Source: Thermoguttaceae bacterium (GTDB taxonomy: Bacteria > Planctomycetota > Planctomycetia > Pirellulales > Thermoguttaceae). From it: a DNA stretch of 64,000 nt. The notes beneath the pieces were generated by a model that saw only the letters and a list, made by a program, of their open reading frames with translations, searched no databases and had not been told where the DNA came from. This document shows, piece after piece, positions 1 to 7,714 of the stretch. Every line of letters begins with the position of its first letter. The stretch's first letter is position 1. Location: assembly GCA_017434455.1 (NCBI GenBank), contig JAFRFG010000012.1:43688-107687 (forward strand), written 5' to 3'. The translations under genes were made by a program, and so were the position numbers.

Positions 1-1144
1 TTGGTTCTTTGTACCGTCTGTCCGAAATTTGCCGAAGCCGTTTTTGTTTTTCCGCCGGCGGGTAATCGACCAGCCGGTAAAACAGCGGCCGGTGCTCTTT
101 GCCGGGCGGGGCGGCGCGGAGAATAAACGCGCAGGAGGCGACCACCTCCCCGCCGAGCGCCTCGAAAACCCCGGTCCCCAGATGCGCCGCCTCTTCCAAA
201 ACGGCGTTTTCCAGCAGATGGCGGAGCAGCCGCCGGAAGGTCGGGAGAAACATCCACCCCTGGGTGGTGATCAATCCCGCGCGGCCGCCGGGGACGAGGA
301 ATCGAAGGGCCCGCTCGATGAACAGCGCGTCGAGGTTCCCCCGCCCGAGGTATCCCTTGGCCTGAACATACGCTTTGACCGACGGGGGGATCCCCTTCCA
401 GCCGAGGTAGGGGGGATTGGTGACCACGCAGTCGTAATGCCGGGTGAGGAGATTAACCGTCGGGCTGTCTTTGGCCGAAGGCGGGATTTCCTCCGGGCTC
501 GGATCCAGAAGCGAGCCGATTTCCCCGGCGTGGGGGAAGGTGTCAATCACGCGGATGTTCTTTGCGTTTAAAGCGCCGTTCCCCGCGCGCAGGGCCAGCA
601 ACCGGCGGGCCAGGCGCGCGGTTTGCTCGTCGATCTCCAGCCCGAAGAGATTGTTCTGGAGAATCGCCCGCGGGATATTCCCCGGAGGGTACCCGAGGCG
701 GAGATACGCCTCTTCCAGACGGTCGTAGGCGGCCAGGAGGATATGCCCCGTCCCGCAGGCGGGGTCGAGAAGGGTGATCTTTTTGAGCTGCGGGATCGTG
801 CCGGCCGATTCGACGGCGCGATCGAGCGTGCGGCGCAGCAAATAAGAGGTAACCCACTCGGGGGTATAGAGCCCCGTGGCGCCGGGAACCGGCCCCCGGG
901 GGGAAGCGCCCTGACGATTCGGGTGCCGGGCCGCGGCGGTGAAGTACTGAAAAAGCCAGCCGATCGTCTCGGGCCGCCGCCAGTCGGCCGGGGAGGTGTA
1001 TTTTTCGGCCAGGCGGCTGAGAACCGCGTCGGCTTTGGGGGAGCCGGTGAAATAGTCGAGCGCCCACTCGATGAACCTCTCGCGGCACAGGCCGTCAAGA
1101 GCGCCGGCGGCGCGGGCCAGGCGGCGCAGGGGGCTGGTGGACAT
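1..1144 (-). CDS. N6-adenine DNA methyltransferase, PglX/Eco57I-like (first ~381 codons; 3' end lies outside the window)
   Basis: My own minus-strand translation from the ATG at 1144..1142 gives MSTSPLRRLARAAG..IGWLFQYF..TPEWV..LLDPACGTGHILL (SAM motif I)..VVTNPPYLGWKG (motif IV, complement 407..421). The frame has no stop down to base 1, and third codon positions are G/C-rich. It is missing from the ORF track because it is open-ended. Confidence 0.8.
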   Translation of the reverse strand, partial: MSTSPLRRLARAAGALDGLCRERFIEWALDYFTGSPKADAVLSRLAEKYTSPADWRRPETIGWLFQYFTAAARHPNRQGASPRGPVPGATGLYTPEWVTSYLLRRTLDRAVESAGTIPQLKKITLLDPACGTGHILLAAYDRLEEAYLRLGYPPGNIPRAILQNNLFGLEIDEQTARLARRLLALRAGNGALNAKNIRVIDTFPHAGEIGSLLDPSPEEIPPSAKDSPTVNLLTRHYDCVVTNPPYLGWKGIPPSVKAYVQAKGYLGRGNLDALFIERALRFLVPGGRAGLITTQGWMFLPTFRRLLRHLLENAVLEEAAHLGTGVFEALGGEVVASCAFILRAAPPGKEHRPLFYRLVDYPPAEKQKRLRQISDRRYKEP

Positions 1145-1166
1145 AAAACGCGTCTCTAAACGATGT

Positions 1167-2474
1167 TTACCACCGGGGCGGCCTGATGATGCCGCCGTCG
1201 CGGTTAAAGCCGGCACGCGGGGCGCCGCTGCCGCCGAGTTTGGGGGCGGGCTCCTGGCCGAGGATAACCGGCTCGCTGTGGTACTCACGTTCGGGGGCCG
1301 CGTTCCCCGCGCTGCCGGCCTGAGGGCCGCCGGCCAGGTCCAGCGGCTGGGGCGGCGCCGAAAGCTGGCCGTACGATCCCTGATAGGCCAGGGCGGCGGT
1401 ATTGCTCGAGCCAGCGGTATTGTTGGCGGCAATGGTGTTATTGGCGGCGGTGTTGTTGGAGGCGGCCGCCGTCGTGGCGCTCCCTACACCGTCTTCGAAC
1501 GAGACGATATTACCCCCGGCGCTGTTATAGCCGGCGGTTCTCCCCGCGCCGGAGCGGGCGCGGGAGGGAATCGCGCTTTCCAGCTGCGAGACCGAGGCGA
1601 CCATCACCGCGCCGCCGGCGGCCATCGGCCGGCCGGTGATATCGTAGGGGAAATCCTCGATTTTGGCGACCTGCGGCAGCTGTTCGGGCATCCCCTGGCG
1701 GTACCAGGTCGAGACCCAATCGTTCCAGCCGGCCTGAAATTCGTCGATATTGGCGAAGTTGTAGTAGTGTCCGATCGCCGCGGACCAGTCGCCGGTGAGC
1801 ATCCCCTCTTTGGCGAACTCGATGAGGCGGCGGTGGCCGCCGATCATAATGAGGTACTCACAGACCGAGAACCCCTGGGCGTAGAAGGGAAGAAGATCGG
1901 TGGGGTATTCGGTGCAATTGACCATCTTGTTGAAGGGGATCCCTTTGGCGCTGCCGAGGAAATCGATCAGCATGCGGCGGTAGTTGTTCCTCTCCACGGC
2001 CGCTTCGGTGCTGGTGGCGGCCCCCTCGTCGATCCAGCGCGGCACCGGCTGGCGGAAGTAGGAGGCGAGGATCATGTGCGAGACCTCGTGCGGGACGACG
2101 GAATCGACGATCCGCTCGCGGGTTCCCTGGATTTTCATCTTCCAGCCGAAGACCTCGTTGCCTTTAAAGGTAAACGAGGTTTCCCCGCCGGCGCCCAGGT
2201 TGGGGCCCGCCTTGACTTGGATCGGACACGGCTGGGACCAGGCGGGAAGTTCGACCCCGAGCCACTGAATCGCCAGATCGCGGCGGCTGTTTTCGGCGGT
2301 TTCGGCGACCTGCCTGGCGAACGGCTCGGTATCGGCGGTCACGATGAAATTGGTCGTCTCGAACTGAGCGGCGGCCAGCCGCGCGTGCGGCAGAACAAAT
2401 AAACTTACGCAAGCAAGAGTGAAAACGACCGCTTCCAGCGCGGCGCGCTTCCGGGCGAAAGGCCGGACTTCCAT
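1167..2474 (-). CDS. secreted zinc-metallopeptidase-like protein (HExxH; peptidase MA-like) with a low-complexity N/A/G/S-rich C-terminus
   Basis: 435-aa ORF with an ATG start. It has an N-terminal hydrophobic signal (AVVFTLACVSLFVLPHARLAAAQ) and the motif VPHEVSHMI. Its stop lies 23 nt upstream of the methyltransferase start on the same strand. Confidence 0.7.
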   Translation of the reverse strand: MEVRPFARKRAALEAVVFTLACVSLFVLPHARLAAAQFETTNFIVTADTEPFARQVAETAENSRRDLAIQWLGVELPAWSQPCPIQVKAGPNLGAGGETSFTFKGNEVFGWKMKIQGTRERIVDSVVPHEVSHMILASYFRQPVPRWIDEGAATSTEAAVERNNYRRMLIDFLGSAKGIPFNKMVNCTEYPTDLLPFYAQGFSVCEYLIMIGGHRRLIEFAKEGMLTGDWSAAIGHYYNFANIDEFQAGWNDWVSTWYRQGMPEQLPQVAKIEDFPYDITGRPMAAGGAVMVASVSQLESAIPSRARSGAGRTAGYNSAGGNIVSFEDGVGSATTAAASNNTAANNTIAANNTAGSSNTAALAYQGSYGQLSAPPQPLDLAGGPQAGSAGNAAPEREYHSEPVILGQEPAPKLGGSGAPRAGFNRDGGIIRPPRW

Positions 2475-2853
2475 GTCCTGTTGTTCCTCGTGTTAAGGGA
2501 TAAAGACGGTTGCCGCCGTGATTACTCATACCGCTTCACGGCACATCCATGTGCCGCGGCACTTTGCTCACAAACGGCAATATAGGCAAAGATACATTTT
2601 TTCGAGCCCGGGAGGAAGAGCATTTTTTTCGTCCCTCCTCCTTGTCGGTGAATTCCCCGGCGCGGGGGAATGCATAGTTGTTTTTCTGAGGCAAAGCCGG
2701 TAAAATCTGCGTTTGGGGAGGTGGCCGAAAGCCCCTCCCGATGCCGAGGCCGCGCCGCTTTTCCTTTGTGTTAATACGAGGAACAGGCGCCGGGAGCCCT
2801 TAAATTTTTCCTGTTTTTCCAGAACCGCCACCCAGTACGAGGAGCCGCGCTCG

Positions 2854-3792
2854 ATGATGAGTCAAAACCGCCGCCGTGAATTTTTAAAGTCCTCCCTCCT
2901 GGCGACCGCCGGGGCGTTTGTCCCCGCCGCCTCGGGCCGGGCCGAAGTCGCCGCCGAGCCGATCGCCGTCAAGAACCCGTTTTCCGCCGACCCTCTGGCG
3001 CTTCGCCGGCTGACGCCGACCGTCCAGGCGACCCGTGTCGGCCTGGGGACGGGGATGGCCGGCTACAGCCGCTCCAGCGAGCTGACCCGCTTGGGCCACG
3101 ACGAGGCGGTCGCGCAGGTTCGCCGCTGCTACGATTCGGGGATTCGCCTCTTTGACCTGGCGGACCTGTACGGGACGCACCAGATTGTCGGGGAGGCGCT
3201 GCGCGACAAGCCGCGCGACAGCTACACGCTCATCACCAAGATCTGGCCGCATGACGGTCTGGATCCGAACGAAAAAGACGCCGATCTGTGCGTGAAACGG
3301 TTCCTCCAAGAGATCGGGACCGATTACATCGACGTGGTTCAGATTCACTGCCAGAGCGATCCGCAGTGGCCGACCCAGGTCGCCGCTTTGATGGAGGGGC
3401 TCGAGAAACTTAAGGAACAGGGGCTTATCCGCGCGCACGGGGTGACCACACACTCTCTGGTCGCCTCCCAGGTCGCCGCCGAGCATCCGTGGGTCGACAC
3501 GATTCACTTCCGTATCAACAACAAAGATATCCGTATGGACGGAACGCTCGAGGAGAACCGCCAGGCCGCCATGCTGGCGCAGAAGAACGGGAAGGGGGTG
3601 ATCGTGATGAAGGTCCTCGGCGAGGGACAGATCACCGACCCGGAAGAGCAGAAGAGCACGATCCGCGCGGTCGCCTGCCATCCGTCGACCGACGTGATGG
3701 TGGTCGCCTTTAAGACCCAGGAGCATATCGATTCGTTCCTCGAGAAGCTCGCCGAGGTTCTCAAGGAAGAAGAAGCGGCGCAAAACGCTTAA
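2854..3792 (+). CDS. TAT-exported aldo/keto reductase family oxidoreductase, tandem copy 1
   Basis: Start reassigned to MMSQNRRREFLKSSLLATAG (twin-arginine signal), with GAGGAG 8 nt upstream. AKR-like blocks are present: VGLGTGMAG, FDLADLYG, GTDYIDVVQIH. It is 312 aa, the same length as copy 2. Confidence 0.85.
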   Translation: MMSQNRRREFLKSSLLATAGAFVPAASGRAEVAAEPIAVKNPFSADPLALRRLTPTVQATRVGLGTGMAGYSRSSELTRLGHDEAVAQVRRCYDSGIRLFDLADLYGTHQIVGEALRDKPRDSYTLITKIWPHDGLDPNEKDADLCVKRFLQEIGTDYIDVVQIHCQSDPQWPTQVAALMEGLEKLKEQGLIRAHGVTTHSLVASQVAAEHPWVDTIHFRINNKDIRMDGTLEENRQAAMLAQKNGKGVIVMKVLGEGQITDPEEQKSTIRAVACHPSTDVMVVAFKTQEHIDSFLEKLAEVLKEEEAAQNA

Positions 3793-3885
3793 GGCCGTTT
3801 CTTTTAAGCTGTCAAGCGGCGGCGAACCGGCCGGAAACAGCGGCTGTGCGACGCGGTCGTTCGTCTCACCGCGGGCGGCCGACCG

Positions 3886-3975
3886 TTACGCCGGCGGCAC
3901 AAACCAACAGCCGCAAAAGGCAAGACGGCCTTGTTCGGCACCGGCGCGCTTCCGGGCGAAAGGCCGGGTTTCCGT
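3886..3975 (-). pseudogene. decayed 5' fragment of the 1167..2474 peptidase-like gene, carried along by the reductase duplication
   Basis: 3942-3975 matches 2441-2474 almost exactly (cggcgcgcttccgggcgaaaggccgg..). The ATG is changed to ACG. The frame reads TETRPFARKRAGAEQGRLAF..stop, against MEVRPFARKRAALEAVVFTL in the intact gene. Confidence 0.6.
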
Positions 3976-4275
3976 GTACCGTTGTTCCTTGTGTTAAGGG
4001 ATAATGTCTGTCGCCGCCGGAGTTTTCGACCCCGCCCGGGGGGGTCGTCCGTGTAGCGGGGCACCCTTTCCCCGCAAACGTCCAGGCAAAAATAGTTTTT
4101 CGTTCCCCGTCTTTATGTTTAATCCCCGGCGCGCGGGGAAATATATGGTTGTTTTTCTCCGGCGAAACTGGTAAAATCGACCCCCGGGCGGGTGGTGCCT
4201 TTCTTCGGAACCGGCGCCGACAGCCCTGAATTTCCCTGTTTTTCCTGAATTGCCGAGTGCGAGGAGCCGCGTTCG

Positions 4276-5214
4276 ATGAAGAACCAAAACCGCCGCCGTG
4301 AATTTTTAAAGTCCTCCCTCCTGGCGACCACCGGGGTTTTTGTCCCCGCCGTGTCGGGCAAAGCCCAGAGCCAGCCGGAACAGATCGTGGTCAAAAACAC
4401 CTTCTCGGCCGATCCGGTGGCTCTTCGTCAGCTGACGCCGAACGTCAAGGCGACCCGTGTCGGTTTGGGAACGGGGATGGCCGGCAGCAACCGATCGAGC
4501 GAGCTGACGCGTCTGGGACACGACGAGGCGATCGCGCAGATTCGCCGCTGCTACGACTCGGGAATTCGTCTGTTCGATATGGCCGACTGGTATGGGTCGC
4601 ACCCTCTTGTCGGGGAGGCGCTGCGCGACAAGCCGCGTGACAGCTACACGCTCATCTCCAAAATTTGGCCGCATAACGGCCTGGATTCGAACGAGAAAGA
4701 CGCCGATCTGTGCGTGAAGCGGTTCCTCAAAGAGATCGGGACCGACTACATCGATCTGGTTCAGATTCACTGCCTGTCCGACCCTCAGTGGCCGACGCAG
4801 TTCACCGAGATGATGGAGGGGCTGGAGAAACTCAAGGAACAAGGCCTGATTCGCGCGCACGGGGTGAGCACGCACTCGCTGGTCTCTTCCGAGGTCGCCG
4901 CCGAGCATCCGTGGGTCGACGCGATTCACTTCCGCATCAACGGCAAAGAGGTTCGCATGGACGGAACCCTCGAGGAGAACCGCGCGGCGGCCATGCTGGC
5001 GCAGAAGAACGGCAAGGGGGTGATCGTGATGAAGGTCCTCGGCGAGGGGCAGATCACCGATCCGGAGGAGCAGAAGAGCTCGATCCGCGCGGTCGCCTGC
5101 CATCCGTCGACCGACGTGATGGTGGTCGCCTTTAAGACGCAGGAGCATATCGATTCGTTCCTCGAGAAGCTCGCCGAGGTTCTCAAGGAGGAAGAAGCGG
5201 CGCAAAACGCCTAG
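4276..5214 (+). CDS. TAT-exported aldo/keto reductase family oxidoreductase, tandem copy 2
   Basis: 312-aa ORF starting MKNQNRRREFLKSSLLATTG. It is highly similar to copy 1 along its whole length, with an identical C-terminus SFLEKLAEVLKEEEAAQNA. Confidence 0.88.
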   Translation: MKNQNRRREFLKSSLLATTGVFVPAVSGKAQSQPEQIVVKNTFSADPVALRQLTPNVKATRVGLGTGMAGSNRSSELTRLGHDEAIAQIRRCYDSGIRLFDMADWYGSHPLVGEALRDKPRDSYTLISKIWPHNGLDSNEKDADLCVKRFLKEIGTDYIDLVQIHCLSDPQWPTQFTEMMEGLEKLKEQGLIRAHGVSTHSLVSSEVAAEHPWVDAIHFRINGKEVRMDGTLEENRAAAMLAQKNGKGVIVMKVLGEGQITDPEEQKSSIRAVACHPSTDVMVVAFKTQEHIDSFLEKLAEVLKEEEAAQNA

Positions 5215-5283
5215 GGGCTTTTATCGCTTAAGCTCCCAAGCGGGGTAACGCCCAACGTGAGAAAGCGTGACGGACGGCTTTAG

Positions 5284-5988
5284 ATGAGCACTTTGCCGAG
5301 CAGCTTTTTATTCCGGATGAGATTGCAGGCGCGCCGGTTCGACGCCGCCGCGGCGCGGCCCGAGCCGCTGGACGCCGCCTACCGTCTTCCTTTTGTGGAG
5401 CGGTACCCGCTGCCCAGTCCCAAGACGCCTAGCCCCAAGGGGAAGGCATCGCCGAAGGAAGAGCCGGCGTTTGATTTTCGGCTCGGCTGGAGCGAAAAGG
5501 GGCTGCGGATCACGGCGATCCTCACCGGCAAGCGCGATCAGGTCCGCTGCACCCCCTCGGAACTGGAGGCCAGCGACGCGCTGTCGTTCTTCCTCGACAC
5601 GCGGGATGTGCGCGACTCTCACCGGGCGTCGAGTTTCTGCCACCGCTTTATGTTTCTTCCGACCGACCGGCCCAAGGGGCAGCGGCCCGAGCCGCTGGTT
5701 CTGTGGCTGCCGATCCGCCGCTCCCGCGCGATGCCCCATTCGGTCGATACGACGCTGATCAAGGCCGCCGCCGAGATTCGTCCCGGCGGCTGGACGATGA
5801 GCGTCTTCCTTCCGGCCGAGGTCCTCACCGGCTACGACCCCGCGCAGGAGTCCCGTTTGGGAATTTGGTACAGTTTGTTCGATCATGAGCTCGGGCATTT
5901 CACCCTTCAGCACGCTCCCACGTTCCCGGCCGAAGAGGATCCCTCCCTTTGGCCGGTGCTGGAATTGATTGACGAGCTGCCGAAGTAG
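5284..5988 (+). CDS. hypothetical protein (possibly a CBM9/DOMON-like beta-sandwich; function unknown)
   Basis: 234-aa ORF with strong G/C third-position bias and a balanced amino-acid composition. The overlapping minus-strand ORF 5308..6054 is R/G/P-rich and looks like a mirror artefact. Confidence 0.6.
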   Translation: MSTLPSSFLFRMRLQARRFDAAAARPEPLDAAYRLPFVERYPLPSPKTPSPKGKASPKEEPAFDFRLGWSEKGLRITAILTGKRDQVRCTPSELEASDALSFFLDTRDVRDSHRASSFCHRFMFLPTDRPKGQRPEPLVLWLPIRRSRAMPHSVDTTLIKAAAEIRPGGWTMSVFLPAEVLTGYDPAQESRLGIWYSLFDHELGHFTLQHAPTFPAEEDPSLWPVLELIDELPK

Positions 5989-6031
5989 TCTGTCCGAAGG
6001 AAAATAGGCCCCCGCGGCCAAGGAATACCCG

Positions 6032-6844
6032 ATGAAACGAAGAGAACTGCTCACCGCCGGGGCGGCGCTTTGCGGCGCCTTTGCCGCCTGTGCGGCGGCG
6101 CGGCAAACCGGCCGGGCCGCCGGCGATCAAACACCTGACCAGCCGGCCCCCTACATGTGGCCGTACGAGGAGGTCGACCCCGACGAGGCGGCCGACTACG
6201 CCTACGCGCTTTACCCCGAGGGGCGCTGTATGTACTCCGCCTTCCGGGCCGTCGTCGAGCTGGCCGGCCGCGCCCGATGCGCCGCCCATCCGGAGGAAAA
6301 ACATTATTGGGAGCAGTTCCCCTATCACATGATGTTCTACGGCCGGGTCGGGGTTCATAACTTCGGAAGTCTGTGCGGGGTTCTCAACGGCTGCGCCGCG
6401 GCGATCTCGCTTTTGGTCCCCGACCACAAGACGGCCGCGGCGATGACAAGCGAGCTGTTCGGCTTTTACGAGTCGACGCCGCTGCCGATCTATACCCCGA
6501 AGGAATCGCCGTTTACCGAAATGGAGCAGTCGGTGGCCGATTCGGTTCTGTGCCATGTTTCGCTGTGCCGATGGACGGCCGCCTCCGGAGCCGAGGTAGA
6601 ATCCCCCAGGCGCGGGGAGCGGTGCACCCGCCTTTCGGCCGACGGGGTGCGCAAGACCGTCGAGCTGCTCAACCGCTGGCGGCGCTCGCGGGACTCCGAA
6701 CAGGCGTGCGCCTTCGCCGCGCTGGGGGAACCGGCCGCCTCGTGCGTCGAGTGCCACAGCGGCGACGGCCCGCGCAAGGACGTTCGCGTGAAGATGAACT
6801 GCTCGGCCTGCCACGATGATATATCCGACGATCACGGAAAGTAA
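6032..6844 (+). CDS. TAT-signal C_GCAxxG_C_C-family putative redox protein with two C-terminal CxxCH haem-binding motifs (split-Soret cytochrome c-like)
   Basis: MKRRELLTAGAALCG leader. GSLCGVLNGCAAAI resembles the family motif. CVECH and CSACH lie in the last 45 residues. AAGGAA lies upstream of the ATG. Confidence 0.65.
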   Translation: MKRRELLTAGAALCGAFAACAAARQTGRAAGDQTPDQPAPYMWPYEEVDPDEAADYAYALYPEGRCMYSAFRAVVELAGRARCAAHPEEKHYWEQFPYHMMFYGRVGVHNFGSLCGVLNGCAAAISLLVPDHKTAAAMTSELFGFYESTPLPIYTPKESPFTEMEQSVADSVLCHVSLCRWTAASGAEVESPRRGERCTRLSADGVRKTVELLNRWRRSRDSEQACAFAALGEPAASCVECHSGDGPRKDVRVKMNCSACHDDISDDHGK

Positions 6845-6935
6845 ATCCACAAGAAATAAAGTTAACGGAGAGTTATTTCTCCCTCTTTAGGGGTGAGCGG
6901 AACCCCGATATTCACACAGAAAGGAAGTGACCATT

Positions 6936-7631
6936 ATGAAGTTGTGCAAAGCATTCTGCGCTGAGTTTTTCGGAACGTTCTGGCTGGTCTTCGGCGGCTG
7001 CGGCGCGGCGGTTTTCGCGGCCGACCATATCGGCTACGCCGGGGTGGCGCTGGCGTTCGGTCTGACGGTGATGACGATGGCCTACGCGGTCGGCCACATC
7101 TCCGGCGGCCATTTCAACCCGGCGGTCTCGATCGGGCTGGCGGCGGCGGGGCGTTTCTGCCCCTGCCGGCTGATCCCGTACTTCATCGCCCAGTTCCTCG
7201 GCGGGATCGCCGCGGCGGCGGTCCTGTACGTCATCTATACCGCCGGCCCGAACGGCACCGACCTGGCCGGTTTCGCGTCGAACGGCTTCGGGGAACATTC
7301 CCCGGGCGGTTTCCCGCTGTGCGCCTGCTACATCGGTGAGGCGGTTCTGACGTTCTTCTTCCTGATCGTCATCCTCGGCTCCACCGACGAGCGCGCCCCT
7401 CAGGGGTTCGCCCCGATCGCCATCGGGCTGTGCCTGACGCTGATCATCCTCATCGGCATCCCGCTGACGAACCTGTCGGTCAACCCGGCCCGCAGCTTGG
7501 CGACCGCCGTCTTCGAGAAGGGCTGGGCGCTGGAGCAGGTGTGGCTCTTCTTCGCCGCGCCGATCACCGGAGCGGTCGTCGCCGGTCTGGTCTACCGCGC
7601 CCTGCTGGCCAAGGGGAAGTCGGAGGAGTAA
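6936..7631 (+). CDS. aqpZ: aquaporin Z
   Basis: [23 protein letters not shown].., with two NPA boxes (HFNPAVS, VNPARS). From the ATG at 6936 it is 231 aa. The track start at 6927 is a GTG that overlaps the AAGGAAG ribosome-binding site. Confidence 0.93.
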   Translation: MKLCKAFCAEFFGTFWLVFGGCGAAVFAADHIGYAGVALAFGLTVMTMAYAVGHISGGHFNPAVSIGLAAAGRFCPCRLIPYFIAQFLGGIAAAAVLYVIYTAGPNGTDLAGFASNGFGEHSPGGFPLCACYIGEAVLTFFFLIVILGSTDERAPQGFAPIAIGLCLTLIILIGIPLTNLSVNPARSLATAVFEKGWALEQVWLFFAAPITGAVVAGLVYRALLAKGKSEE

Positions 7632-7660
7632 TGAGGGGCTTGCGCTAGCGCGTGAGTGAG

Positions 7661-7693
7661 AAAAAAACCTCCCCGTTTCGGGGAGGTTTTTTT
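7661..7693. terminator. bidirectional intrinsic terminator between aqpZ (+) and the Type ISP gene (-)
   Basis: aaaaaaa-cctccccg-ttt-cggggagg-ttttttt: an 8-bp GC-rich stem flanked by an A7 run and a T7 run. Confidence 0.7.
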
Positions 7694-7714
7694 GGTGGGG
7701 AAGGGCGGTGGCCG

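Noticed and set aside
1-2474. Calling the left-edge methyltransferase part of a BREX system.
   Set aside because: Only the methylase N-terminus is visible. The upstream gene is a secreted peptidase-like protein, not brxA/B/C. The downstream region lies outside the window. The evidence is insufficient.
2884-5205. Long antisense ORFs mirroring the two reductase genes (2884..3783 and 4306..5205). Similar mirror ORFs occur elsewhere, for example 9728..10504, 20747..21622, 23830..24960, 32857..34143, 33753..34931, 38994..40121, 42416..43912 and 51065..52006.
   Set aside because: They are Arg/Gly/Pro/Asp-rich and have no recognisable motifs. They lie opposite genes with clear homology signatures and G/C third-position bias. 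These are typical high-GC shadow ORFs.
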